A stretch of 64,000 nucleotides of DNA from Methanotrichaceae archaeon (lineage in GTDB: Archaea > Halobacteriota > Methanosarcinia > Methanotrichales > Methanotrichaceae), in the NCBI GenBank assembly GCA_963748825.1, contig CAVVKN010000009.1:160001-224000 (forward strand), written 5' to 3'. Position 1 is the first letter of the stretch; each line of letters opens with the position of its first letter. The translations under genes and the position numbers were made by a program. The notes beneath the pieces were generated by a model that worked only from the letters and a program-made list of their open reading frames with translations, made no database searches and had not been told where the DNA came from. This document shows positions 51,530 to 60,985 of this stretch, in pieces.

Positions 51530-52982
51530 TCACTTATTAAATAGCAGCTTTCTGACAAACCCGATCTCCTCAATTGTAAATCCTTTTAATACCAATAAAA
51601 CGATAAAGTAGATCAGAGCACCGATCGCTACGGACAGAGCTAATCCTGCGACACCTTCCGGCCTTAGTATGAGTAGTAGAAAAGACATGACCATCGAAGC
51701 TACTAAGCTTTTAGCAACAAAATTCAAGCGGAAAGAGATTTTTATTGATTTTTTGGCATAATAACTTGTAATAATAAACACAAAGGCGAATGATATCAAT
51801 GTAGCAATAGCGCCACCGATTATTCCCATATAGGGTATTAATAGAAAGCTTAAGACCAAGATTCAGAATAGCGGCGATAATCCAGATTTTACCGGTGAGT
51901 GCAGTATTTTTTTCCAGGACCAATATCTGCGCAACTATGGCATAAGCTCCCAGAAACAGAGCACCTAATGCCATAAATGGCGTTACTATATAACCCTGAG
52001 CCGCGATCTCCGGTGTGGACAAGCACATTCAATATGGGCCGGGATAAGAGAGATAGTCCGAAGGCAGCAGGAATGCCCAGGGCCAGGAAAAATTTCAGTG
52101 AGAATCCTAAGATAGCTCTCACCTCTTCCGTCTCATTCTCATCATAGTGCTTGGAAAGCGCGGCAGGCAATATGAATGATAGTGGAGCTATAAACAAGTT
52201 GATCATATTGCCCAATGTATATCCCGGAGAAAAATAACCCACGAAGGTTGTCCCCATCAATAGCCCAATTACATAGCGATTGCTCGAGTTTACAATCCAG
52301 CTTGATAGATTGCCAGGGATGGTGGGCATGCCGAAGGCCAGGTACTCTCTGATGTTCTTGAATTTAGGAAATGATGCTCCCACATCCGAGACTACAAACG
52401 AAACCATCGCCACGAATATCAGAATATCTGCGAATATCAGCCCGATCACGGCTCCTAAAATTCCCTTTCCGGAGAGCACGAAGTAAATTACCAGGAGCAG
52501 GCTGAAGAAATGCCTTCCCAAAAATAAATGCTGAGTATTTTTTAATCTGCTGAACGCTCCGGAAATAAGCAAACGGAATGCTGATCAAGCACTCTATAAA
52601 GACCAATAGCGAAAGAGCTTGGACAATATTCTGGCGGCCATCAAAAAGAGCTGATGCAATCGGCTCTGACAGAAGATAAATACCGGTTGCTGCCGCCAGT
52701 CCGACAAGAGCGATTATCGCATGCCATCGAATAAAATATTTCCTGAATATTTTCTCTCCCTTTCGCAGAGGGCAGAAACCTCACCATGGAGTAAGGTAGT
52801 CCAAGAAGGGCCACAGCGGGAACAAGGCCGATTGTCACTGAGATCTGAACCCATACGCCATACTCGGATATTGGCAGGTTCTTGGTGAGAAGGGGGAGCA
52901 TAATGAGTGAGTTGAGCTCCACGAGCAGGTTGGTTAAGGCCACCAGACCAATTCGTTTCGCCAGAAGCTGCCGCTGGCTCAT
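51530..52982 (-). CDS. Wzx/MOP-family oligosaccharide flippase, broken by four frameshifts
   Basis: LPLLTKNL..EYG, RYVIG..VGYFS and LIPYMGIIGGAIATL motifs. Single extra bases near 52722, 52509, 52021 and 51851 explain the fragments. Confidence 0.82.
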
Positions 52983-53104
52983 AATATCACCATTATTGGT
53001 AAAGCCGGCTTGCTCAGGAAAGGCCTAGTTGCCATTGCTTCAAGTAAAAAGAGACTCCTGCATAAATCCTTTGGCAATAAAATAGATCGTGCCCCTCAAA
53101 TCAA

Positions 53105-54289
53105 TTACGGCCCCGGATAAATAACCTCGATATTCTCCATGTTCAATATCAACTTGCGCAGCTCCTCGCAGTTTATGGGATGCTTGAACTCGCTGCACAT
53201 CTTCACCCGTTCCGAGAGGTCCCCAAGCTCCTTGTCTTTTAAGTAGTAGCCCATTCTCTGGGTGATGTATTTGAGCGCCTTGGCTCCGGTGTGCTTGCCG
53301 ATGATGATGTGCCGGGCTGCGCCCACCATTTCCGGAGAGTAGAGCTCATAGGTTCTGGGCTCTTCCAGCACGGCCGCCACATGAATTCCCGACTCATGGG
53401 CAAAGGCATTCGTGCCCACTACGGCCTTATTCCTGGCCACGGGAACTCCCGAGTAGGTCTCTACCAGCTTGGAGAGGTCCTTTATTTTGGTGAGATCGTA
53501 ACTCCCCAGGTCGTAATGCAGCCGCAGAGTTACCAGCAGCTCTTCTAAAGACGTGTTGCCGCTCCTCTCACCAATGCCGTTTACCGTAGTGTGCAACTGC
53601 TTTGCCCCAGCTTCCGCTCCGGCCAGAGTATTGGCCAGGGCCATTCCCAGATCGTCGTGGCAGTGCATGCAGATAGGGATCTTGACAACCTTTTTCAGCT
53701 CGCTTATCATGTAATACGTCGTGCGCGGATTCATGATCCCCACTGTATCGGCAACGCTGATGTAGTCGGCATGGTACTCCTCTGCCTTCTTGTACAGCTT
53801 CTTTAAAATCTCAAAATCGGTGCGCGTGGCATCCTCCGCAGAGAAGCGTACAATCAGGCCATGATCCTTGGCGTACTCCACTGTCTGCAGTGCGCATGAA
53901 ATCGCTTCGGGACAGCTCATGTGCAGTTTGTACTTGAGATGAAGATCAGAGGTAGCGATGAAGACGCTGACCATGTCGGCGCCGCATTCAATGGCCGCGT
54001 CGACATCTTTTTTGACGGACCGGCAGAGTGCTGAGATCTTGGCATCAAGTCCCAGGTTGCAGACCTCTTTTACGGCATTCATCTCTGCCGCGGATACGAC
54101 GGGAAAACCAGCTTCTATAACCTCGACGCCGATCTCATCCAGCCGCAGAGCGATATCAAGTTTTTCATCGGCGCGAAAGACGACTCCCGGCATCTGCTCA
54201 CCATCGCGAAGGGTTACATCGCAGATCTCGATGTCCAGGGGTGGTGTCTTGGCCAGGGCCAAGAACTGATTGAGGGAGTAGTCTTGCAT
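53105..54289 (-). CDS. aksA: Homocitrate synthase family protein (AksA-like, no regulatory domain)
   Basis: DVTLRDGEQ, HCHDDLGMA, GIGERSGN and AHESGIH; 394 aa. Specificity within the family is inferred from length. Confidence 0.8.
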   Translation of the reverse strand: MQDYSLNQFLALAKTPPLDIEICDVTLRDGEQMPGVVFRADEKLDIALRLDEIGVEVIEAGFPVVSAAEMNAVKEVCNLGLDAKISALCRSVKKDVDAAIECGADMVSVFIATSDLHLKYKLHMSCPEAISCALQTVEYAKDHGLIVRFSAEDATRTDFEILKKLYKKAEEYHADYISVADTVGIMNPRTTYYMISELKKVVKIPICMHCHDDLGMALANTLAGAEAGAKQLHTTVNGIGERSGNTSLEELLVTLRLHYDLGSYDLTKIKDLSKLVETYSGVPVARNKAVVGTNAFAHESGIHVAAVLEEPRTYELYSPEMVGAARHIIIGKHTGAKALKYITQRMGYYLKDKELGDLSERVKMCSEFKHPINCEELRKLILNMENIEVIYPGP

Positions 54290-54353
54290 AGCGTGCTAAT
54301 AGTGATGATTCATTACATAAATCGGTTTCGAAGGAAAGGGGTTTCCGGCAATT

Positions 54354-55670
54354 CTAAAGATTGGCAAAACGCTCCAATATCCATTGGTTTCGCACTTCAG
54401 GATGGAATATAATGCCGTAGGTGGGGTGGGAGTGGTGCTGGAAAGCCTCGAAGGCATCCGTTTTTCCCGCGAGGAGCATGAATCCCTTCGGCAATGTCAC
54501 TGCATAGTTATGAAGGTGATAGCCTTCTATCTGCCGCGGCTCGCCCAGCAGCGGTGACGCCCGGACGATCTCTATCTCTTCCAGGCCTATAGCCTGATGA
54601 GGTACTATCGATCCTCCATAGACGGCACCAATAATCTGCATGCCGGCGCAGATGCCCAAAATGGGCTTTTTCAAATCCTTTATCCAGGAGAAGAGCTGCA
54701 AATGATCGGCATAAACATTGTCCTCCAGGGCTGTTCCGCAGAGGATGATTTTATCATGGTCGGCAAGAGCCTGCGACTTGACCTCGGTATAATGCAAAAT
54801 GTTGCAGAGAAAGTCCGCTTTTTGCAGCGTATCTCTAATGGGATGGACAAATTCATACTGGGATAAGGAATCTTTTTCGAAGCACAGGTCAACCAGGAGG
54901 ATGCGGCCTTTCCTCTGCATCATTTCCTTGGAAATTTGTCCTTCGTTATCCGGAATTTTCGCTTCCATTTCCGGACTCATTCCCTTCACAGGTTTTTCCA
55001 TCAGTTGCATATCTTCTATGACAAACTGCCCCCGATAGTTGGCATAGCTCTGGGATGCCTTCATGATCTCGATTCTCTTCTGGAAGAATGGGCCATCCAG
55101 GACGAAGGTCTCCAGCTCCCCGCCTTCGCCGGAGGGATTTATCTTGTATTTTTTCTGGAGCCGCTCCAGCATTTGGATGCGCTCCTCCGTCAATCGCGCG
55201 CCCAGCCAGGAAGCATCGAAGGGATAAGCATAGACCCCGGATATGATGATCGAAAAGTCTTCCTTTAAAAGCCTCCGGAGGTAATCAATCTGATTTGTCT
55301 GCCAGAGGGGATTAAAGCACCAGAGATCCTGGTCGCGGCAGATCCTCTGTACTCGCGCCGCCTGGTAGATGGACTCGATGGCTCCGGTGACTATTCCCTG
55401 GACGGCGTATCTCTCCCGGGCGGCGGCTACTGCAGCCGACAGATCCTCCAGCTCCCCCTCTTTGACGCCCTCTGTGGGCCAGGTGAGCAAGGGAATGTCA
55501 AGCGCCTTGGCCTGCAAGCCTGTGCGGCGAATGTTGGGCGTGTGGAACATGTAGCTGTCAGGGTTCTCCGAGACCAGAGTTATCAAGCAGGCTACCTGGT
55601 TCTTTTCCATAGCCCGGCGGCAAGCAAAGACAGAGTCCTTGCCCCCGGAGAAGAGCACGCCCAGTTTCAT
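54354..55670 (-). CDS. dph6: Diphthine-ammonia ligase (Dph6) fused to a class I glutamine amidotransferase domain
   Basis: N-terminal SGGKDS, SYMFH and GEGGELET; C-terminal GICAGMQ and FHPE. Confidence 0.85.
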   Translation of the reverse strand: MKLGVLFSGGKDSVFACRRAMEKNQVACLITLVSENPDSYMFHTPNIRRTGLQAKALDIPLLTWPTEGVKEGELEDLSAAVAAARERYAVQGIVTGAIESIYQAARVQRICRDQDLWCFNPLWQTNQIDYLRRLLKEDFSIIISGVYAYPFDASWLGARLTEERIQMLERLQKKYKINPSGEGGELETFVLDGPFFQKRIEIMKASQSYANYRGQFVIEDMQLMEKPVKGMSPEMEAKIPDNEGQISKEMMQRKGRILLVDLCFEKDSLSQYEFVHPIRDTLQKADFLCNILHYTEVKSQALADHDKIILCGTALEDNVYADHLQLFSWIKDLKKPILGICAGMQIIGAVYGGSIVPHQAIGLEEIEIVRASPLLGEPRQIEGYHLHNYAVTLPKGFMLLAGKTDAFEAFQHHSHPTYGIIFHPEVRNQWILERFANL

Positions 55671-55743
55671 CTGGCTTAGGAAGAATACCGCAAGCTAATA
55701 AAAGATATTGGCGAGCGGAGGGAAAGATGAAAGAGAAGATCTC

Positions 55744-57228
55744 TTACGGCTTAGAGGGCAGATCCAGGTCAATCATCCGCCAGATCTTCTCCATATCTAA
55801 GTTTGACTCTACAGCCGCGGCCAGCTCAGCAAAGCCCTCTCCCTTAGCTGCCTTAGAGGGAACGCAGCTTAGCTCTATCGCGGGATTTTTGCGGCGGCGG
55901 AGGAAATCGAGAAAAGCATTGCAAAAGTTCTCATTCTCGAAGATGCCATGCAGGTAGGTGCCGATCACAATTCCGCTTTCGGATACCGCGCCGTCGTCTC
56001 CGAAGGCTGCCTGGCCGTTGGAGCTGGTCACACCCATGTGAATCTCGTAGCCTGTGACAATTTGGCCGCGGATCGGCTCCAGGATAGGCCCACCGCCCGT
56101 GACCTGCTTCTTCACCTGCATCGTCCTCTTCTCATAAAGGTCAAAGCGGGTTACAGTATCCAGCAGGCCCAGGCAGGGAACAGTTCCCACGGTGTCCTCA
56201 ACGCCGCAGTCGATGATCTCGCGTCCAAGCATCTGGTAGCCTCCGCAGATGCCCAGTACCGGAGTATCCGGCAGGGATTTTATCTGATCAGCCATGCCCT
56301 TTTCCTGCATCTCCCGCAGGTCGGAGACGGTGTTCTTGGTTCCGGGAATGATCACCGCATCCGGGCGGCCCAGATCATCCGAGAGGTTCACATACCTGAC
56401 ATGCGCCTGCCGCTCCAAGGGCTCGAAGTCGGTGAAGTTGCTGATGCGTGGCAGCCTTATCACCGCGATATCGACCTGCTCGCCCGCCGCCCGCCCGGCC
56501 TTCTTGTCTCCCAATGAGACGGAGTCCTCGGAGGGTATGTCCAGATCCAGATAGGGCATGACGCCCAAGATGGGCACGCCGGTGAGTTCTTCCAGCATCT
56601 TCAGGCCAGAGCCCAAAATGGCAGGATCGCCCCGGAATTTGTTGATCACCAGGCCCTTAACCAGTGGCCTGATGTCCTCGGGCAAAAGCTGCACCGTGCC
56701 GAAAAGGCTGGCGAAGACACCCCCTCTCTCGATATCCCCGACCAGGATTATGGGGGCATGCAGGTAGCGGGCCACGTAGATATTGGCGATATCCCTATCG
56801 AAGAGGTTGATCTCTGCCGCTCCGCCCGCGCCTTCTACTACGATGTAGTCGTAGTCCTTCTCCAGCTCTTGGATCGATCGGTCCACCACTTCCTTGAGCC
56901 CTTCGATCTCCCGGTAGTATTCCTCTGCCGATTTATCGGCCACGGGCCTGCCCAGGACGATGACCTGAGAGGTGCGGTCACCCTTGGGCTTGAGGAGGAT
57001 GGGATTCATGAACTCTGTCGGCTCCACACGGGCTGCCCAGGCCTGCACCGCCTGGGCTATGCCGATCTCCGAGCCGTTCTGGGTGACCCAGGAGTTGAGG
57101 CTCATGTTCTGAGACTTGAAGGGCGCGACCTTAAAGCCGCGATCGGAGAGGAGGCGGCAGAGGGCGGCGACAAGAGTGCTCTTGCCGGAATGGGAGGTGG
57201 TGCCGAGGACAACGAGAAAGCGGGACAT
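55744..57228 (-). CDS. cobQ: Cobyric acid synthase
   Basis: GTTSHSGKS, PFKSQNMSLNS, EGAG, ISNFTDF, GICGGYQMLG, GYEIH and GTYLHG motifs. Confidence 0.96.
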   Translation of the reverse strand: MSRFLVVLGTTSHSGKSTLVAALCRLLSDRGFKVAPFKSQNMSLNSWVTQNGSEIGIAQAVQAWAARVEPTEFMNPILLKPKGDRTSQVIVLGRPVADKSAEEYYREIEGLKEVVDRSIQELEKDYDYIVVEGAGGAAEINLFDRDIANIYVARYLHAPIILVGDIERGGVFASLFGTVQLLPEDIRPLVKGLVINKFRGDPAILGSGLKMLEELTGVPILGVMPYLDLDIPSEDSVSLGDKKAGRAAGEQVDIAVIRLPRISNFTDFEPLERQAHVRYVNLSDDLGRPDAVIIPGTKNTVSDLREMQEKGMADQIKSLPDTPVLGICGGYQMLGREIIDCGVEDTVGTVPCLGLLDTVTRFDLYEKRTMQVKKQVTGGGPILEPIRGQIVTGYEIHMGVTSSNGQAAFGDDGAVSESGIVIGTYLHGIFENENFCNAFLDFLRRRKNPAIELSCVPSKAAKGEGFAELAAAVESNLDMEKIWRMIDLDLPSKP

Positions 57229-57270
57229 GGGGAGGGCGAGGGCGTGCAAGTTTATTTGCCTTTTGGAAGG

Positions 57271-57471
57271 TTAAGTTTTGCATCCTGTGGTAGGGTATCG
57301 GGCACCAGGTGGTCTTCGGACCGTTTCTTCGTTTGGAAAAACTGCCTGGCAAACGCACTTGCCGCAGCAGCATATCCTTCCATTGGAGCATCCGCTACAG
57401 GAATCGGTCAGATCAGGGCACGCAGATCTTACATTATTTTTATATTCAGATATATCTTGCGCCGCAATCAA
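57271..57471 (-). CDS. Putative small Cys-rich protein
   Basis: 66-codon ORF with 9 Cys (CPx5CxxCx5CCCxxCxC...C), TTG start, co-oriented just upstream of cobQ. Coding status is unproven. Confidence 0.35.
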   Translation of the reverse strand: MIAAQDISEYKNNVRSACPDLTDSCSGCSNGRICCCGKCVCQAVFPNEETVRRPPGARYPTTGCKT

Positions 57472-57599
57472 TCCCTAATCTCGAATCGAATTCCAAAGGA
57501 TTAGATTCATATGGTCGCGGCAAGATTTATATGCGTATAGTATTTGATTAACGATTGTGATAAGTGCAAAATGATCGCAGATTTGAGGGTTTAATGCAA

Positions 57600-57932
57600 A
57601 TGAAGTCGCCATGTGAACAGATCGTATGGGATGTCCTTCCCAGCATCAGGGCGGCCATCGCCGAAGAGCTGATCAAGAGAGGAATATCCCAAAAAGAAGT
57701 CTCTAAGATGCTAGGCATCACGCCGCCGGCAGTGTCCCAGTACGTATCCAAGAAGAGAGGCTACAACATCGAGTTTCGGGAGGACATCCGGCAGGCCATA
57801 GGAATGCTTGCCGACGACCTGATCGCGGAGAGAGTAAAAGGCAGCGAACTCGTTAAGAGGATCTGCGGGATCTGCCGCATGCTACAGGACGATGAGACTG
57901 CTTGCATTTCCACCAAATGCAAGGGACTCTGA
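57600..57932 (+). CDS. Archaeal XRE-like HTH transcriptional regulator
   Basis: PCE..VWDVLPSIRA, HTH ISQKEVSKMLGITPPAVSQYVSKKRG and C-terminal CxxC. Confidence 0.85.
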   Translation: MKSPCEQIVWDVLPSIRAAIAEELIKRGISQKEVSKMLGITPPAVSQYVSKKRGYNIEFREDIRQAIGMLADDLIAERVKGSELVKRICGICRMLQDDETACISTKCKGL

Positions 57933-58760
57933 ATGAATCTGGCAGATAAGCTGAAAGACCTCAAAAAGAGGATTGCGGAGAAGGGAAAGCTTCTCGTGGC
58001 CTACTCAGGAGGCGTGGACAGCAGCCTTCTGGCAAGGTTGGCGCATGATGTTCTGGGCGACGAGGCCCTGGCCGTCATATTGGACAGCGAAACCATGCCA
58101 AGAAGCGAGCTATTGCAGGCTATTGCTCTCGCAAAATCTCTGGGGCTGAATTATCAGGTAGCAGAATTCTCCATCCTGATGGAAGAGCAGTTTATGCAAA
58201 ATCCAGTCACACGCTGCTACATCTGCAAGAAAAAGTCCGCGGCTGTTTTAAAAAGCATCGCGGAGAAGGAAGGCATAAGCTGTATCGCCGATGGGGTTAA
58301 CCTCTCTGATTACGGAGACTATCGGCCAGGAATTGCCGCTTGCGATGAAGAAGGAATCTGGCATCCTTTTGTCGAGGCACGCATAACTAAAGAGGATATT
58401 CGCGTCCTGGCAAAAAGTCTGGACCTGTCCGTCTGGAACAAGCCTTCCTCGGCCTGCCTGGCCACTCGAATTGCCTATGGTGAGCCGATCAAACAGGAGA
58501 CCCTTGCAATGGTGGAAGAGGCGGAGGAATACCTGAAAAGCCTGGGCTTTTTGCAGCTTCGGGTGCGGGTCCATGGCCGCATGGCCCGAATTGAGCTTTT
58601 AAAGCAGGATATGGCAAAGGCGACTGATGGCAGCGATGAGATAGCCAAGATGCTCAAAGCAATCGGATTTGACTATGTCGCTCTGGATCTGCAGGGCTTT
58701 CGCAGCGGAAGCATGAACGAGGGTTCCTTGAAAGAGGTCTTATGGACGTCCAGGAAATAA
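57933..58760 (+). CDS. larE: LarE-family ATP-dependent sulfur transferase
   Basis: PP-loop AYSGGVDS, RCYICK, DYRPG, KPSSACLATRI, LRVRVH and GFRSGSMN motifs. Confidence 0.92.
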   Translation: MNLADKLKDLKKRIAEKGKLLVAYSGGVDSSLLARLAHDVLGDEALAVILDSETMPRSELLQAIALAKSLGLNYQVAEFSILMEEQFMQNPVTRCYICKKKSAAVLKSIAEKEGISCIADGVNLSDYGDYRPGIAACDEEGIWHPFVEARITKEDIRVLAKSLDLSVWNKPSSACLATRIAYGEPIKQETLAMVEEAEEYLKSLGFLQLRVRVHGRMARIELLKQDMAKATDGSDEIAKMLKAIGFDYVALDLQGFRSGSMNEGSLKEVLWTSRK

Positions 58761-59941
58761 GAAAGGATTTTCCCATCCTGAAGGATGTAATCTACCTGGA
58801 CAGTGCCTCCACCAGCCTGACTCCGGAGCCTGTTTTGGGGGCTGTCCTGGATTACTACCATAGCTACAAGGCCAATGTGGGCCGCGGCGTTTACCGGATG
58901 GCGCAGCTTGCCGATCAGCGCTACCGGGACGCCCACCGCAAGGCCGCCGACTTCATAGGCGGGGCCGGACAAGAAGGCATGACCGTCTTCACCAGGAATA
59001 CCACTGAGTCCATCAACATTGTCGCTCGCGGCATGTTGTGGAAGAAGGGGGAACGCATCGTCACCACCCTTCTGGAGCACCACTCCAATCTTTTGCCCTG
59101 GATGAGGCTAAAAGAGAAAGGCGTAGAGCTACAGGTCATAAAGCCGGACAAAACGGGAATTATTGATCTGGCAGACTATGAAAAGGCGATAGCCAAAGGC
59201 ACCCGGCTGGTGGCAGTAAGCCAGCTCTCCAACGCTTTAGGTACGGTCCTTCCCATAAAAGAGATCAGCAAAATCTGCAGGGAACGGGGCTCTGCCCTGC
59301 TGGTGGACGCTGCCCAGTCCGTGCCCCACATGCCCGTAGACGTGATGGATATCGATTGTGATTTTCTCTGCTTTTCCGGGCACAAGATGCTTGCACCCAT
59401 GGGGACAGGCGTCCTCTGGATCAAGACGGAAGGGGAGGTCGAGCCGCTCATGGTTGGTGGGGGCATGGTGCAGGATGTCGGCGATAACTGGTATGAGATC
59501 AAGAAGGGCTATGAAGGCTTCGAAGCAGGCACGCCCGACATCTCGGCCGGCATTGGACTAGGTGCTGCGGTTGATTATCTCACTCGCGTGGGTGTCGAGG
59601 CGATCCACCATCACGAGCAAAGGCTTACGGCAAAGCTGCTGGAAGGCATGCAAGAGATAGACGGCGTAGTGATCTATGGCTTGAGCCCCGGCTCAAGCAG
59701 GCGGGCGCGAGGCGGCGTTGTCTCCTTTGCTGTAGAGGGCCTGCTGCCTCATGAGGTGGCTCTCATGCTCGACCAGGCATCGAGCATCTCGGTTCGCTCC
59801 GGCCATCACTGCTGCATTCCCTTAATGAAGCATCTTGGGCTTAAATACGGCACTGTGCGCGCCTCGCTTTATCTTTATAACACTGAGGATGAGATTGAAA
59901 AGCTCCTGGCGACGCTGGAGCAGATTGCCAGGATGGCCTAG
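58742..59941 (+). CDS. Cysteine desulfurase, SufS/CsdA group II
   Basis: YLDSAST, EHHSN, DAAQS, FSGHKM, FEAGTP and VRSGHHC motifs. Confidence 0.93.
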   Translation: MDVQEIRKDFPILKDVIYLDSASTSLTPEPVLGAVLDYYHSYKANVGRGVYRMAQLADQRYRDAHRKAADFIGGAGQEGMTVFTRNTTESINIVARGMLWKKGERIVTTLLEHHSNLLPWMRLKEKGVELQVIKPDKTGIIDLADYEKAIAKGTRLVAVSQLSNALGTVLPIKEISKICRERGSALLVDAAQSVPHMPVDVMDIDCDFLCFSGHKMLAPMGTGVLWIKTEGEVEPLMVGGGMVQDVGDNWYEIKKGYEGFEAGTPDISAGIGLGAAVDYLTRVGVEAIHHHEQRLTAKLLEGMQEIDGVVIYGLSPGSSRRARGGVVSFAVEGLLPHEVALMLDQASSISVRSGHHCCIPLMKHLGLKYGTVRASLYLYNTEDEIEKLLATLEQIARMA

Positions 59942-59965
59942 CCAGATGGAGCCAGATGGGGCTGC

Positions 59966-60739
59966 ATGGGAGTCAAAGGAATGATCAAGGAGTGCAAATG
60001 TCTGAGGCTGGACGGTGCCAGTGCAGAGGAAGCGATCTGCCAGGTGGTCGAAGAGGTGCCCCTCTCCATCTTCATCAACGGCCGGCATTTCGTAACCGCT
60101 ATGACCAGCCCCCAGATGAGAAAAGAGTTTGTCACAGGCCACCTTTTTTCCGAGAGGATTATTTGCGGACCGTTGGAGATCGAGTCTCTGGAGATCGAGG
60201 GCAACGTGGCTCGCGTTATAGTCGAGCATCCCATGCGGGCCATCATCCCCAGGCGGCCGATTGTGAGCGGCTGCGGCGGAATTGCTTCTTTTCTCGATGA
60301 GTCCAAGCTTCCCGAAATAAAATCGGATCTGAGAATCGGAAAACAGCAGGCTCAGGATGCCATGGAGTCCATCTCCCAGTCGGAGATACACATAGCTACG
60401 GGTGGAGTGCATTCCGTGGGCCTCTTCGGCGAAAAGGAACCGATCTGCATCATCGAGGACATCGGTCGGCACAATGCCCTGGATAAGGCCATCGGCTATG
60501 CGCTTATCCAGAAGCAGGATTTCGACTTTTGCCGAACCTTTGTGGCCTGCACGGGCCGGGTATCCTCGGACATGGCCTTGAAGTGCTCTGTGGCCGGCAT
60601 TCCCATCATCGTCTCGCGCGGGGCCACCACCAGCCTGGCCGTCTCCATTGCCGAGAGAACTGGCCTGTGCATAGTCGGTTTTCTGCGAGGAAAGAGGCTT
60701 TCCGTTTACACCTGCCCGGAGAGATTTGCGATTGACTGA
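59966..60739 (+). CDS. fdhD: Formate dehydrogenase accessory sulfurtransferase
   Basis: SGCGG, TGGVH, EDIGRHNALDKAIG, TGRVS and GFLRG motifs. Confidence 0.93.
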   Translation: MGVKGMIKECKCLRLDGASAEEAICQVVEEVPLSIFINGRHFVTAMTSPQMRKEFVTGHLFSERIICGPLEIESLEIEGNVARVIVEHPMRAIIPRRPIVSGCGGIASFLDESKLPEIKSDLRIGKQQAQDAMESISQSEIHIATGGVHSVGLFGEKEPICIIEDIGRHNALDKAIGYALIQKQDFDFCRTFVACTGRVSSDMALKCSVAGIPIIVSRGATTSLAVSIAERTGLCIVGFLRGKRLSVYTCPERFAID

Positions 60740-60773
60740 AGGCGGCCTTCGTAGTGATCGATATGCAGTGGCT

Positions 60774-60927
60774 CACCACAAAGGCACAAAGGCACAAAGA
60801 AGCGTTCTCTGTGCGTTCTCTGTGAACTCTGTGTCTCTGTGGTGGAATAGTCGTCAGCTACTGGTTATAACCAAATGGTTACGGACTGCCACCACAGAGA
60901 CACAGAGCGCACGGAGGACTCACAGAG
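60774..60927. repeat. Long imperfect inverted repeat built from CACAGAG/CACAAAG heptamers
   Basis: 39-nt arms at 60807-60845 and 60889-60927 (34/39 complementary, inner 19 perfect) around a 43-nt spacer. A third related block CACCACAAAGGCACAAAGGCACAAAG lies at 60774-60799. Confidence 0.85.
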
Positions 60928-60985
60928 GGCTAGATTATTCCATTGCCCAATCAAAACGGTTTTTCTTACTGATGCGGGTGCGGGC

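Noticed and set aside
57230-57480. Cobalamin riboswitch upstream of cobQ
   Set aside because: I could not find the B12-box or GGGAA/GCCACUG consensus on the minus strand.
59940-59962. Short tandem duplication (AGCCAGATGG twice) between the desulfurase and fdhD
   Set aside because: Only two 10-nt copies, likely slippage, with no evidence of function.
60774-60927. CRISPR array
   Set aside because: The repeats are inverted heptamer blocks without regular unique spacers, and there are no cas genes in the window.
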